NCBI GenBank assembly: GCA_028534125.1
Contig: CM052817.1
Location: 55,182,001-55,246,000 of the forward strand
Length of the DNA: 64,000 nucleotides
Origin: Lama glama
Taxonomy: Eukaryota
Direction: 5' to 3'
Shown: positions 26,861-39,807 of the stretch, in pieces
Position numbering within the stretch: position 1 is the stretch's first letter
Layout of the letters: every line of letters starts with the position of its first letter
Notes under the pieces: model-generated
Databases searched by the model: none
The model's input: the letters and a program-made list of their open reading frames with translations, nothing else
Told to the model about the DNA's origin: nothing
Translations under genes and position numbers: made by a program

Positions 26861-29068
26861 TTATTATTCTCTATTCTCAGGTAATATCTGACAGGTCATT
26901 TCACAAAGAATCATGTACCACATATACTTTAATGGAGAAATCTACTCAAAACCTACAAGCTGTGACAAAACTGTCTCCATTATTTTTACCTCATCCTCAA
27001 GTTTCTGAAGACCTTCAATTCTGAGTTCATTGACAGAAGATGGACGAAGGCCACTCTCAGACTCTACCAATGATTCAAACCACCTATGGTCACCTACTAT
27101 AGTTACCTCCACAGGTTCTTAGTATCATGAATATCTCTGCCTAAAACTCTACATATAGGTCTCAGATTTATATAATTACAACTTGATAATAAACTATTAA
27201 AACTACAGTTAAAATAACACATGCAATTCATCTAGAACAAAGGAGGTCTATTCTCTCTCAATGTCTTAATATATTTTTTCTCAAACAGAATTTGTTCAGA
27301 GTTAGTTCAGGGTCAAGGTGAAGAACACAGAGCTCATGACTAAATTCATATTCCATGAGTGTGTACAAGAGATTCAGGAAGGATTGACACAATTCTAAAA
27401 TATAGGACTGGTTTAAATATTTTCTGATGAGTCATGGTTCTATTTATTTCTACTGTGCAAATATGACTGGAATAATAAAATTAATATATTTTTGTACTAC
27501 AAGGTGAGCTATAGGATTTAGATAATTTTTCAAATAGTTACAATGTGGGTAACTTTTAATTCTCTATTCTTTTACTCAATGAGCTGAAAGCAATTAGAAA
27601 AATCTGAAAATAACTTCTAAGAATGCGTTCTATTAAAGCATGCTTCATTGTTAGCATTTCTTATATTAACACCTATTACTTTCTAAATTAGAACTTAGGA
27701 CAAATATTCAGAGAAGGCAAGTGTACCTTCAGAAATTTTTTAAAAAGTTTGCTACTGGAACTGCCCTAGAAAAATTATTAGTAACTATTGTGTCATATAG
27801 CATAGGTATAATTGTGGGGTGTACACTTTGCTGTAGTAATTACTCTCATTAAAAATTAGTTACCTCCTTCAATATTTGACCACCTCTTTGTAACTTTTTT
27901 CCATTAATAATTTAAAAATTGTTAGTAGTTTTGTTAAATTCACTAACTACAAAATATTAGTCACTCTACTCACTGAATATCGCTTTTTAGCAGGGAACCA
28001 TTCTGACTGGCCTGAAAACTTATTTAAGGACTTAGCATAGTACTAACTCACAGCATAGCTGCCACCTTTGCCTAGCTACGCATGCAGGGAGGTTTTGGCT
28101 AGCAATCCTAATCGCCTATTCAGGAAGTTGTCTATGAGCATGGCTGCTGCTATGTAAAGTATCAAGGACTCAACCCTCAAGAAGGACTTTCCTGTACTAT
28201 TGTGTGTGTGTGTTTGCTGATAAACCTACTTGATACCTTTTCTTCCATGTAAGACTTTCTGCCCCACTGACGTTCACAATCTGTTGTAGGGTATAGGTAA
28301 CAACACCATACACATGTATGCATGTTTGTGTGTGTGTGAGTATAGTAATGTGTAGTAGTGGCAAATCCTTGAAAAAATTAATTAGATTGAGAAGATTGGA
28401 AGTGAAAGGGGCTACTACCCATAAGGTAATAAACCAAAGCTTCTCTGAGGTGGCACTTAAAATAAAAACAACTCAATGAATGAAATGAAGGAACAAACTA
28501 TGTGACAGTTTTGGACAATAATGCTCAAATGTGGGAAGAGCAAATAAAGAGCCATTGAGAAAAAAAGCATATGAGAAAAAAAGCGTATGTGAGGCACAGC
28601 TGAAGACACAGATAGCCTTCTGATTTCCTTAGAGAAATGAAATGGTCACTGCCAGTCTCCTATGGATATTGTAACACTGTTAAATCTCCAAAAAGTGTTT
28701 AGGTCTTTAAGGGAACAGCTTTGCCTTCAAAGTGAGAGACAGCAGTTCTGGCAGAGTCTTTTTTATGGGTCTGAATATTTTAGATTGACTTGTTTAATGC
28801 CAGCAGAAGAGAAAGTAACAACTTCATTATTTTATTGAGACATTTGCACACAACAAAATGTTACCAATGCTATTTTCAGTATAGAAAATAAGATTTTTGC
28901 TCAGAATATTTCCTTTCTTCAATGTATATCTTTAAATTTGTTGTATATAGTGTTGATAAGAAAAAAAGGTATTTTAAAATAAAAGAATGAGTTGCTCTAC
29001 AAAATATAATCAGGACAATAACCAGGGTAGAGAGGAGAGAGAAAGCTAAATGGTTTATATATTTATGG

Positions 29069-29546
29069 TGTAGAGTTATTATTTGTTGCCTTCATGGTTC
29101 CCTGAGTGCTGACACCCACCTTGCTTGTTTTGAACTTTTACCTAGTTGTTGCCTATCTCTAGGTACTCCTTTCCGACATGTATGTTCAAGCAACAATTCA
29201 CATGACGATTTCCCCATGTCCTTCCTTTTCTTTCCGTGTTGACCCAGTTACACTCAAATTACCCAAGGTAAATGCTTCTTGCATACCGCAGTACTCCACC
29301 CAGAACCCACACTACAGACATGTACTCATGAGTCCTTGCTCTGCTCCTTCTCTTCCTGCCATGACCAAGCTTAGAGCTTCTGATGACTTTGTGTAGCCCT
29401 GTGGGCATGCAGTATCTCCCTAAGACCTATCCTCACAGGATAATAAATCCTTTAATGTCATACGCCTCTCCTCATGTAATTTCCATGGTCATTTTGGAGT
29501 GACCCTTAAAGACCCCACAAGGGGATTTACTCTCCCATTTATAACA
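29069..29546 (+). mobile_element. ERVL solo LTR (MER54/MER73/MER74 group)
   Basis: TG...CA termini (tgtagag...ataaca), AATAAA at about 29443, and the characteristic 3' end taaagaccccacaaggggatttactctcccatttataaca. Confidence 0.7.
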
Positions 29547-29687
29547 CAGTGTTGGAATTCGTCATATAAATGGAGTGCTAAAATCAAAATGACTTGTTTA
29601 TTTTCAGAAAATAAATGCTTACTCTATTTTTGGAGATACAAACCAGACTTCTACATTTGAGAGCCCTTATAACAATACATGTACCTT

Positions 29688-30400
29688 GTGTGATTAAAAA
29701 ATTAGCAACTCTCTTTTGATCCACAAAGAATTAAATGTAATTTATCAAAACAGGCATAGGAGAGAGTATTGTTCACAGGGAGAGAACAGCTGGAGAGACA
29801 GGGAAAGTCCAGGTAAAACGGACAAGGAAAAGCCCTGATCTCGGGCCTTTCCCAGAAGCCAGTGGTCGAGGCAGAGCTAGATGAGAAGTCAAGATGTAGT
29901 GCTTATACAGGTGACAAAATAGATGACAAGGCCGTGGGGGAAAAGCTTTACAAGAATTTATGGAAGCAGGCCATACATAATACCAGAGATTCAAGCAAGA
30001 TGAGTGTCAGAAATGAGACAAGCAGTTGAGAAATCAGAAAGGAGCCAGCAGTGACAATGAGAAGTTGAAGGAGCCGTGATGTTTACCTCAGACAGAAAAC
30101 TTGCAAAGACCTCCTGGGATAGCAAAAGCCAGTTCTAGGAAACAGTCTGAATGTGCTGTGAAGGTAGGAGTCAGTGAGTCACTGCAGGACTATAGCAACC
30201 TGGTCAGACTAGGCATGTGTTGTAAAGAGTAGTTCTGACAGGAAGTGAACAGGCATGGATTTATGGACCATTTCATGAGGCTACAGGGAGTTGAGTTGCT
30301 CCCATAATGTATAGCTGGCTGTATGACTTGTCTGAATCTGATGTTTACCAGTCACCTTGCCTTTAGGGTCTCTTTAGAGGAGTCAGGATGTGGGGCTGTT
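29688..30400. mobile_element. Possible ancient LTR remnant, family unassigned
   Basis: Purine-rich, higher-GC block with LTR-like texture; no diagnostic motif recognised. Confidence 0.25.
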
Positions 30401-31169
30401 TATTTAAATGAGAGAAGACATATATTTGAAAAGGATCTTACAAGCATTTCTCTGTGACTTTAAAATGATCTGCTTTTTCTCACCCCCACATGGAATGAAA
30501 TTAGACTTTAAATCTCATTACTGAGATTGAATGCTTCACCTGGATTATTTCTGTTGAAAGAAATATAAATTCTTCACTCCCTTCCTGGGTTTTGGAAAGC
30601 CTGGCTAAGGAGACATACCTGTGGAAATGAGGAGGTTCTAACCTCATCAGTTTAAGTGGAGACCATTTAAATAATTACCTTGCACCAAGTAATATATTCT
30701 GCTGTCCTATGAATCAATGACACTTTTTTATGTCTTTTCTTTTCATTTGTATTAATAACTTCAATATCCCCTTATTAAAGGTGACCCCCAAATATATAAA
30801 AGGTTAATAATGTCATTTCAGTGTACAGTGACTATGACTGAGTTATTAATATTCTTTGAATCCACAAAGAATGCTTACTACCTAATAACAGCATTTTCCT
30901 CTTTATTCTTATTAGTCATCATTAGAATATATACTTTTGGGATGTATGTGATGGGGAAAAAGCCATGAAAATATCCTCAAGGAAATTATAAACCTCAGAA
31001 TAATACATAGAGACTTAAGTTTACTCTTTTATTTTACTCTACAGCCTAAATATTTCCACATTTAAAAATTATAAGCATATTCCTTTGTGAACAATTTTGG
31101 GCTTTGTTTTTGAGACAAGATATCCTATAATGAAAAAAATTAAAAAAAACCATGGGGATAGAGGGAATC

Positions 31170-31385
31170 AGTAAGTATTAAGCACCTACTATATAATAGC
31201 CCTCTCCTGGGCTATTTACAATCAATAAATCCTCACAACAGACCTGTGGGATATGGACTGTTAAACTCATTTTTCAGGATAAGGGAACAGACACTGAGGG
31301 GATAAACTCTGTCTAGGGTCACTCAGTGGGATAGTGGCTGGGGTTCACATCCAGGTCTCTTTAAATACAAAGTTCATGCTCTTAC
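31170..31385 (-). mobile_element. MIR SINE, near full length
   Basis: taagcacctactat...aatcctcacaacagacctgtggg...cattttcaggataagggaac...ggtcactcag...ttcacatccaggtct. Confidence 0.75.
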
Positions 31386-31653
31386 AGCCTGGGTAGCCAA
31401 CAATGACTGTGTGACTTCTGGATTCTCAGGGAAGTGGGAAATGGAGCAGATCAAATACTAACACTTGAGCAATGGGGCTAGCAGCAGGGGAGGAATAGCG
31501 GTCATCTGGAATAGATTGTAGTATTTTCTGTCCTCCTCCAACACACAGTCTGTATATAGGGGCAAGATGTTAAGTTTATTTTGGCACAGCTTTGAGCTAG
31601 TCCAAGAACTGGAAAACAAAAACAAAACTAAAGCTAGCATATTCAGTGAAATT

Positions 31654-31749
31654 AAATTTTTTTTATTTTAATGGAGATACTGGGGGGATCAAACCCAGGA
31701 CCTCGTGCATCTAAGCATGCATTCTACCACTAAGTTATACCCTCCCCAT
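31654..31749 (-). mobile_element. Camelid tRNA-derived SINE (Vic-1-like)
   Basis: Minus strand reads GGGGAGGGTATAACTTAGTGGTAGAATGCATGC...GAGGTCCTGGGTTTGATCCCCCCAG plus an A-rich tail, with A/B-box-like motifs. 12-bp TSD TTCAGTGAAATT at 31642-31653 and 31750-31761. Confidence 0.9.
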
Positions 31750-31774
31750 TTCAGTGAAATTCTTGGAAAGCCAT

Positions 31775-32257
31775 TGTGGTGTACCATTTGCAAAAATGAC
31801 CACAAATCTCCACCCACTGCTATATCCACCCATCCTTTGCAATGCTACTCTTCCAATAGTTTCATCAGAAATTAGAATCTATTTACTCGCCTCTTTAATA
31901 TGGGCTAGCCTTGTAACTTGCTTTGTTCAATAAGATATAGACAAAGTAATGGTGTGCCAGTTCCAAGATTTGATCTCAGAGAGCTTGTGCTCTTCTACAT
32001 GTTCTTTTGGATCCCACCATTGCCGTGTGATGAGCCTTCTCCAGTAACAGCCAGATCACCCATAACCACTTGAAACTGACTTACCTAGAGTTGCAGCCTC
32101 CACTCAAACCCCCAGCTGATAGCAGATCCCAAAGTGAACCCAGGTGCAGAGACAAGTCTGAACCCCATCATCAGATATACCCAACCGATCTATGACAATA
32201 ATGAGTATTTTTTTAACTTTGGGGTGATTTGTTATGCAGCAGTAATTAGCTAGTATA
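31775..32257 (+). mobile_element. MaLR LTR (MLT1G/H-like)
   Basis: tgtggtg...aaaaatgaccacaaatctccc...gggctagccttgtaacttgctttg...tttggggtgatttgttatgcagcagta. Confidence 0.8.
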
Positions 32258-33219
32258 GGAGGTAAACTATATGGCTTAAAAAAAGCAACACATACTCAGG
32301 TACTCAAATTCACTTCAGGCAAATAAATGAATGTCAGTGTTTATTGGTGAAAGCCAAGATGGCCTAGGAATTCTTTCATGCACATAACGTTTGATATTGG
32401 CACTATGTAGTATTTTCTGATTGCTATAATTTTTAACATGACTCATAAATAAGAATAATTGGTATTTTAGTATTTCTCAGAAGTGAGGAATTGGAGCAGG
32501 CAATGGAATGTGGTGGTTTTTCCATCTGGAAATATTACATGGAAATTAATATCCAGGAGAATTTGTGTACAAATGCAAAGTTATGAGGATTATATGTAAA
32601 TTTTAAAATTTCACTGTCTAACTGTATATGATTTCTCTCACATCTTATAAAAAGGATTAATTCTCAGGTATTCTGTGGTTTTAACAACTGAAAAAAAAAA
32701 TCACTCTCAGTCTTCTGTTTGTATCCTACCTTTATTGACACGCCACTCTGAATGGGTCAAACCTGTCAGAAGTGTTACAAATTTTGAAATGAAAAGTCTG
32801 GCCAGAGAAAATAGATTCAGTTTCCGCTGAATAGAAGCATTTGAGGAAGCAGAAAACCAGTGTTCCCATTGTTTGTCATTAGAATTTAATGAACTGTTAG
32901 ACAGATTTGCATCAGTCAGAAGTGTTTTGATTTTCTAAATGTCTGGTACATAAAATACTCTGCAAAATATGCACTATTGAGTAAAGTTTCGTATTTACTT
33001 AAATATAGTTAACCCTGCCTATTTCCCTTAACAATTTTAAGATATCTGTGTTAACAATAGACATATAAAATAGGATTATTGAAATACATACCTGAAAGTG
33101 ACACAAACATAGTTTAAAAGGAGGAAAAAATAAAATTACTCTAGAGATAGGATGACATGACTATTATAACTGAGTACAAATATGAGTTTTCAGTTTTCTG
33201 GGAGCTTAGGCATAGTAAG

Positions 33220-33480
33220 AGTTATTGAGGACTTATTAAGATTCTACTACATATTAGGCAATCCTTTAAGCAATTTATCTGTTTCATTTCACATAATCTA
33301 CAACACAATAATCCTGTGATAGAAATACATAAGGTTGTATATCCTATTTTGTAGCAGAAGAAGTACAGGATTTATCACCAGATGCTCTAGTTCATATCCT
33401 GGCTTTGCCATTTACAAGCCATATAACATTCTCAGGCTTCAATTTCCTAATCATTAAAATGGAAGTAATAAATAACTCAC
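33220..33480. mobile_element. Two MIR fragments in opposite orientation (about 33220-33360 minus, 33385-33480 plus)
   Basis: aatcctgtgatag...cctattttgtagcagaagaa; gttcatatcctggctttgccatttacaagc...ggcttcaatttcctaatcattaaaatgg. Confidence 0.55.
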
Positions 33481-33552
33481 TCATTTTTTATTTAATCATT
33501 CATGCAATTAACGTACATAGAATACTATTTTGCTACAAGATAGAGTTAGCTC

Positions 33553-33595
33553 GTGTGTGTGTGTGTTGTGTGTGTGTGTGAGAGAGAGAGAGAGA
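33553..33595 (+). repeat. Compound microsatellite (GT)n(GA)n
   Basis: gtgtgtgtgtgtgttgtgtgtgtgtgtgagagagagagagaga seen directly. Confidence 0.95.
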
Positions 33596-33754
33596 AGGTA
33601 TATTCAAAATACATAAACATGCCAAGTGTTTTCTACTCATCTTCTAAATCAGGAATGATTAACAAACCTGTAGGTAGCTCCCAGCCTACTGTCAAAGACA
33701 GGTAGTTATACAAATACTTAAGGGTCAAAAGAAAGTGTTTTATGTATAAGAAAG

Positions 33755-34287
33755 TGTATGAGTTTGATATTGCTATGTAGCAAATTGCTAGGAACATAGT
33801 GGCTTAACCAATAACATTTACTGTCTTGAAATTTCTGTGAGTCAGGACTCCAGGCGTGGTTTAAGTGGGTCCTCTCCTCAGGGTCTCATAAAGCTACAGT
33901 CAAGGTGTTAGCCAGGCTGCGTTCTCATCTGGAGGCTCCATTGGGAAAAAATCCACTTTTAAATCCATTTAGGATGTTAATAGAATTTATTTCCTTGTAG
34001 CTTCATGGAGGACAGTGAGTGTTTCCCTGTTCCTTGTCATGCGGGCTTCTTCAACCTGGCTTTTTACTCCATCACACTCGTAAGAAAAACCTCTAGCTCC
34101 AGTTTGCTAAGAATTTGTCTCATATGACATAACGTAATTACAAAGTGACACCATATCATTTTTGCTTTATTTAGTTGATCAAAAGCAAGTCATGGGTCCT
34201 TCCAAGACTCCAGAGAGGAGGATTACTCAAAAGTATAAACACTAGGAAGTGGGACTCGTGGAGAGTCACACTAGTTCTGTTTCTCAC
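33755..34287 (-). mobile_element. MaLR LTR (MLT1E-like)
   Basis: ctcagggtctcataaagctacagtcaaggtgttagccaggctgc...aagcaagtcatgggtcct...aggaagtgggactc. Confidence 0.8.
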
Positions 34288-34500
34288 GCTAGTGTCTTTC
34301 TCTCACAAATGCACAGAGAAGAGAATAAGAAATTTGACTCTAAAGTGTGTCAGCGAGAGGGTTGTAACTAAAATGACAATATGACATTTGAAGCTTTAAA
34401 ATATTGATGAAATTTCACCTTGTGAAGTAGAATGACAGGAAGGGGAGGTGAAAGTATTCCAGGTAAGTCTTGAGAAACTTATTAAGAGTAGGAATAATGT

Positions 34501-34681
34501 AGATAGATATACAGGCTTCTTCTGTATAGCACAGGGAACTATGTTCAATATCTTATAATAACCTATAATGAAAAGGAATATGATATGAATATATGTACAG
34601 ATATGTATGACTGAAACATTACACCATTCGCCAGAAATTGACACAACATTGTAAACTGACTATACTTCAATTAAAAAAAAA
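34501..34681 (+). mobile_element. Young artiodactyl/camelid L1 3' stub (about 180 bp)
   Basis: ctgtatagcacagggaactatgttcaatatc...aactgactatacttcaatt plus A tail. Perfect 12-bp TSD TAGGAATAATGT at 34489-34500 and 34682-34693. Confidence 0.9.
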
Positions 34682-35629
34682 TAGGAATAATGTTTCATAG
34701 ATCTTATTATCCCTCAAAACTCTAATAGTGTCCTGATAGTTAGCAAGATCAATACATATTATTTTAATCTAATGATTTCACTTATGTACACTTTATCTTC
34801 TTACTTGATATTTCACATAAGGTAAAATTTACAATGAATACAATAAAAGGAAAATGTAAAACTTATAGCTAGTTATCTGATATTTTGGTTTTAAAGAAAA
34901 TTCTTAAATTTAGATGACTTGATACTTATCAGTATTGTTCATATTTTTTACTTCACTTTTGCTTTCTAATTTGTAGTATGTTGTGTCCATGTTTTGAGCC
35001 GTTCTCAATTTGTCAAACTTTTTGTATATTATCTATGTCTAAATCATATGAGTATCTTTTTCAACTGTTCAACTCAAAGATATTTTTACCAATATAGTCC
35101 AGTTAATACTGTTCTTACCAAACCAACTAGATGAAGTGATAAGAAACAACTTCATCTTCAATCTGTGATGCTGTGTTTGCTACTTGCTGAATCATGTTAG
35201 CCATGTTACAGAAACACAGTTTGGACTTTTCTTGTCTTTCACAGATGAATTTGAACTCACTGTATCTAACTACTAAATCAATCTATTCAGATATAAATTT
35301 AAAATTAAAGCAAAAATAGAAATTATAATCTGAGCTGTTAAAATATTTTAAATCTTTTAGGTGGTCACAATAATATGGTGCATACTTTGAGAAAGCATTG
35401 TAAACCTACATCTATTATGACAATAAAACTTTTGATTGATAGAGAATTGTCAATTATGGTCTGATTAAAATATCAATAAATATAAACTATATTTTCATCT
35501 TTTTTCTTACTGATATAAATTCAGCATTTGCCCGTAAAGACTCATGTGATGCTTACTTCTCATCTAAGTTATTGAAATATAATTATTGTAATTTAATTAA
35601 ATGAATATGGAAATTCAGTCTTTCTCTAA

Positions 35630-35860
35630 GTAAAAGTACAAGTTCTGGGTCTAGGTCCTTAAATACAAATACTCTACCATTATGAGTTGTGTGATTTTAA
35701 GCAAATTAATAAAACCTCCTGTTCTTCAACTTGCTTATTGTACATTTAGGATAAACATAATATCTCTCTCATATAGTTGTTTTGAGGTTTAAATGATTTG
35801 CTACCCATAAAAAATTTAAATAAGTGCATGAAGTTTCATGAGTACACAAAAATATTATTA
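35630..35860 (+). mobile_element. MIR SINE
   Basis: gagttgtgtgattttaagcaaattaataaaacctc...tagttgttttgaggtttaaatga. Confidence 0.55.
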
Positions 35861-37049
35861 TTATTATTTTGTGAAATTTTGAAGATACAAAAAGCAATAT
35901 ATTTTTATTTCTAGAAATATAAATGATTTATCTTTAGAAAGTTTAAAAAGATAACTGATTTTAACATTGCTAAAATATGCCTAAAATAATTTAAAGGCAA
36001 ATTTGGAGCATGCCACTGTGAATGTGATCTAAATCAGTAAGAAACAATACATTTGTCTGTAAGATTTTTGAGGTTTTAGTAAACTATCATTTATATAACA
36101 TTAATGCTTTATGACCTTCTCTTTCAACATATTTTTGAGAAATGTTTCTAAAAACTACACAGTTAACCAAAATAAATATTTCTATTATCAAAATAATGTG
36201 TGTTTCTAGGACTTTAGTTTCCAAAAGTCATAGTATTTGTGAAAATTTATTTTAATTGTGAAAACATCCTGAATGTTTAGGATGTAAATATCCTAAATAT
36301 TTCTTAATATTTAGTATATTCATTATATGAAAAATAGATACTTCAGAAATTTATATATACTTTGAAAATCAAGTTAAATGTCTTGTGTTATCTTGGAAAT
36401 GTTAGTCTCTCATTTATTTATTTGTTTATATTTTATAGTATGCTGTCATCTTTCCAGAGCCAATAGATACAGTGGCTTGTTTCTGTTGCACACTGGGAGC
36501 AGTCAAAATTGATTTTTTACATTCTGTAGCTATCGGTTAGAAAATAAATCTTGTAAATTTCTATGAAGTCTTTTCATTTACCAAAGTTATTTACTAAATA
36601 TAAGTGATCCCCTAACATTTTCAAACACACTTAAGTCTCTAAACTAGCTATTTTAATTTATGCAGATGGCTAAACTCAGTCACAGTAAGCAAGAGTAAGA
36701 TTCATATTAGTTTTATATCATTAGTTTTACCTTATGTGTGTATATATACACATATAGAGAGAAAGAGATTGACCATATTGAATATATTTTTAGATGGATA
36801 AAAGTAGACTGTTAATAAATAATTAATAATGGTAAGTGTTTAAAGAAATATAATTTCTACAGGTTTATCATAGAACACACAACCAATATTAGATTAAGAT
36901 GATTAATGATATGATTAAATATTTTCCTATTTGATTCAGGAATTCTTTTAATCCTTTAGAGAAATTTTACCTAATTACTCAGATTACGAGAAATACCTCT
37001 TTTACGCTCTCAGAGTCCCATGTTTCTTTTCTTGTCATTTTTTTTTCAG

Positions 37050-37210
37050 ACACAGATGTATGTATTGCTCTTTGTGTAAGTTTTTAATTGATATCTTCTT
37101 CTTCCTCTACTTGTAAGAGGGCAGAAAACATGTCTGTTCTTATCCATATTGAATCCCAGCAGTCAGGACCTGTCTGGCACATAGTAGCTGCTTAGTAATT
37201 GAATGAATGA
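37050..37210 (+). mobile_element. L2 3' tail
   Basis: gtctggcacatagtagctgcttagtaattgaatgaatga. Confidence 0.6.
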
Positions 37211-38419
37211 GTTAGGGTGTGAAATCTCTTATGGATGAAAGTTAAGCAGAAGTAGTGCATTTTCAGCACTTAAGCTTACTTAAATTCAGAAGAAAGATGT
37301 AGGCACATATAATGAACATTTTATAAAATATGATTTGGAAACAAAGCTAGAGGAATGTCATACAGATAACCACTGAAATTGCTTCCAAATTCATCAAGAA
37401 TATCACTGATAATTCTGAAATAAAATTTTTTCTGAAAGATATTTTTATCTATAAAATTTTTGATTTTCAAAAATTTGTGTATTTTAAAATTTACAACAAA
37501 TCTAAGTCATAATCTCTTGCTCAGTGGTTCTTTTTTTATAAGCTATTCTCCTTACATCCTTATCTGTAACATAACATTTTTTCACTGAATACCAATGTGA
37601 AGAACTTAATTTTTTTTTAATGGAATAGAATTACTTAAAATGAAGGATCTGAGGCTTAAATTACTTACCATCTGATTGCCCTTAGGCTCTTGCCTCAAGC
37701 TAGTGTTTCCTGACAGAGACATGAACTTTATAACCCTACAAGAAATGGGGAAGGCAAGATCAACCAGGGTAAATTAGAGCTCCCACTACTACCGCGGGCT
37801 TGCAAAGAATCATCCAAGGTCCCTGGATTGCCAATTTTTAATATTGTATTGGGAACATTCACTTTTATAACAAACCCAACCAATGCTTCTTTTAAGTTCA
37901 GCTTATCTCCAGGGGTTTATTTCCAAATAATAAGAAACCTGTACCTATTTTGCACTTAAGGAAGTTAAATAATAAATGGAAGTTTTGTTCTATTAATGTT
38001 GTTTTATTATCACTGTTCCAGTAGTTTTCTGAACTAAAACATGGCATAAAGTCAGTTGAATTCTACAATTTATGACTTGCTATATTCTTTGTTTCAGTAA
38101 TGGAATGTCTCCCTTCTTTCCTCTTAAATTTTCAGGGAGGCAAAAACAAAATAATACATATCTGAAAATGAAGTAAATAATAGATGGACAAGGATAATGG
38201 TGAACATGTTTTCTTCATTCACTCACACATGCACAATTTATTTGTTGAGTTTTTGGGTGCTGGGGCAGCTAGTGGTTCTGGATATGGGGCAGGGGTTTGC
38301 ATACACACACATACACACACAACACACTGTTACCAAACATTGACACCCAATCACGTGGAAAAGGCATTTAATCAAATAATGATTATAGAAGTGTCCAAAT
38401 AATATATGTCTTAAGGGGA

Positions 38420-38650
38420 ATAAGAAATACTTAAGCAATATATACTATTAGATACTGTTTTAAGTTCTTTGTGTGTATTGGTTTGTTAAATCTAACATAA
38501 GGTCTGCATGATAAGTGATATTATTACCCCCACTTAACAAATGAGAAAGCTGAAGTACAGGGAATGTAAACATGTAATTCAAGGCCACACAACCAAGTCG
38601 GGAGTGAGGATCGGACCAGACGGACTCTGGAATCTGTGGACATAGTCACA
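38420..38650 (-). mobile_element. MIR SINE
   Basis: attacccccacttaacaaatgagaaagctgaagtacaggga...caaggccacacaacc. Confidence 0.7.
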
Positions 38651-38964
38651 CTTAGATTGCTCTAAACATGCTGTAGGGTTATGGTGAGCATTTGACCTTG
38701 TATCCTATGTCCTACACAACCTCACAGCCATATGATGTTCAAGACTGCTTGCAGAGGTAGTTCTCCTATATCCAGATGCTGAAGGTTAATAAAGTGTAGA
38801 TGTGGTAGATGTGGAGGAGATGAGTAGTTCTAGACGATGACTAAGAGGTAATCTATAAATAAAAATAAAAATAGATATTGAGGCCAAGATTTTGAATAAA
38901 TAAACATTTCAAAGATTTTGAATGAATCAACACTTCACAGGCTTTTGAACTCTTATTTTTAAGG

Positions 38965-39150
38965 AGGTGGCTTTTAGGGTATTGGCTACAAAGTACATGG
39001 ACTACCTGAATTCAAATGCTGGTTATCTATGTGGCCCTTTTACTGGCTGTGTGGCCTTGGACAAGTTGATTAACCTCTCTGACAATAACAGTACATGCTA
39101 TTTTGAGGATTAAATAACTTAATGTGTGTGATCATTTCTTGGTACTAGTA
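38965..39150 (+). mobile_element. MIR SINE, internally deleted
   Basis: cctgaattcaaatgctgg...tactggctgtgtggccttggacaagttgattaacctctctga. Confidence 0.7.
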
Positions 39151-39424
39151 AAACAATAATAAACTCTTCTCAAATATAATACCACACTGAGTATAAAGAA
39201 AAAGAAAACAGACTGAATGGACAAACATACTTCAAATAAGGCTACTTGTGTTCACGCAGAGGAGGGATTTATTATCTCCTACCCTAAACTTTATGTCTCA
39301 AATAGTTCACAGATTATTTTTACCAACTACTTAAAGGAACCAACAATTCCTATTTTATACAAGTTATATCAGCAATTAGATTTCAAAAAAGAAAAGGGCT
39401 TAATTTTCTTATGAGGCTAACATT

Positions 39425-39790
39425 CCTTTTTTTTCCTTTACTTTTTTTATTGAAGTATACTCAGTTGCAATGTGTCAATTTCTGGTATACAGCATCATGG
39501 ATATATATATACATATATTTATTTTCATATTCTTTTCATTAAAGGTAATTACAAGATACTAAGTATAGTTTCCTGTGCTATACAGAAGTAATTTGTTTTT
39601 TCATCTATAAAAATGTCAGCCTCCTCATCTGAAAAACAGAAACAGACTTGCAGATATAGTAAACAATCTTATGGTTACTGGGGAAAATGGAGTGGAAAGA
39701 GATAAATCTGGGAGTTTGAAATTTGCACTCCATTTTTCCCAGTAACCATAAGATTGTTTACTATATCTGCAAGTCTGCTTCTTTTTTTTA
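39425..39790 (-). mobile_element. Young L1 3' stub with internal inversion and inverted duplication
   Basis: PolyT plus ttgaagtatactcagtt...tcctgtgctatacag, the same family as the copies at 34501, 42429 and 54840. Imperfect TSD gaggctaacat (39413-39423) / gaggctgacat (39797-39807). Confidence 0.85.
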
Positions 39791-39807
39791 GATGAGGAGG
39801 CTGACAT
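39613..39807. repeat. Long inverted repeat: 82-bp arms, 31-nt spacer
   Basis: 39613-39694 is the reverse complement of 39726-39807 at 78/82 positions by hand alignment, with no gaps. Confidence 0.95.

Noticed and set aside
31670..31747. tRNA gene
   Set aside because: The A-rich tail, TSD and degenerate stems identify it as a SINE copy.
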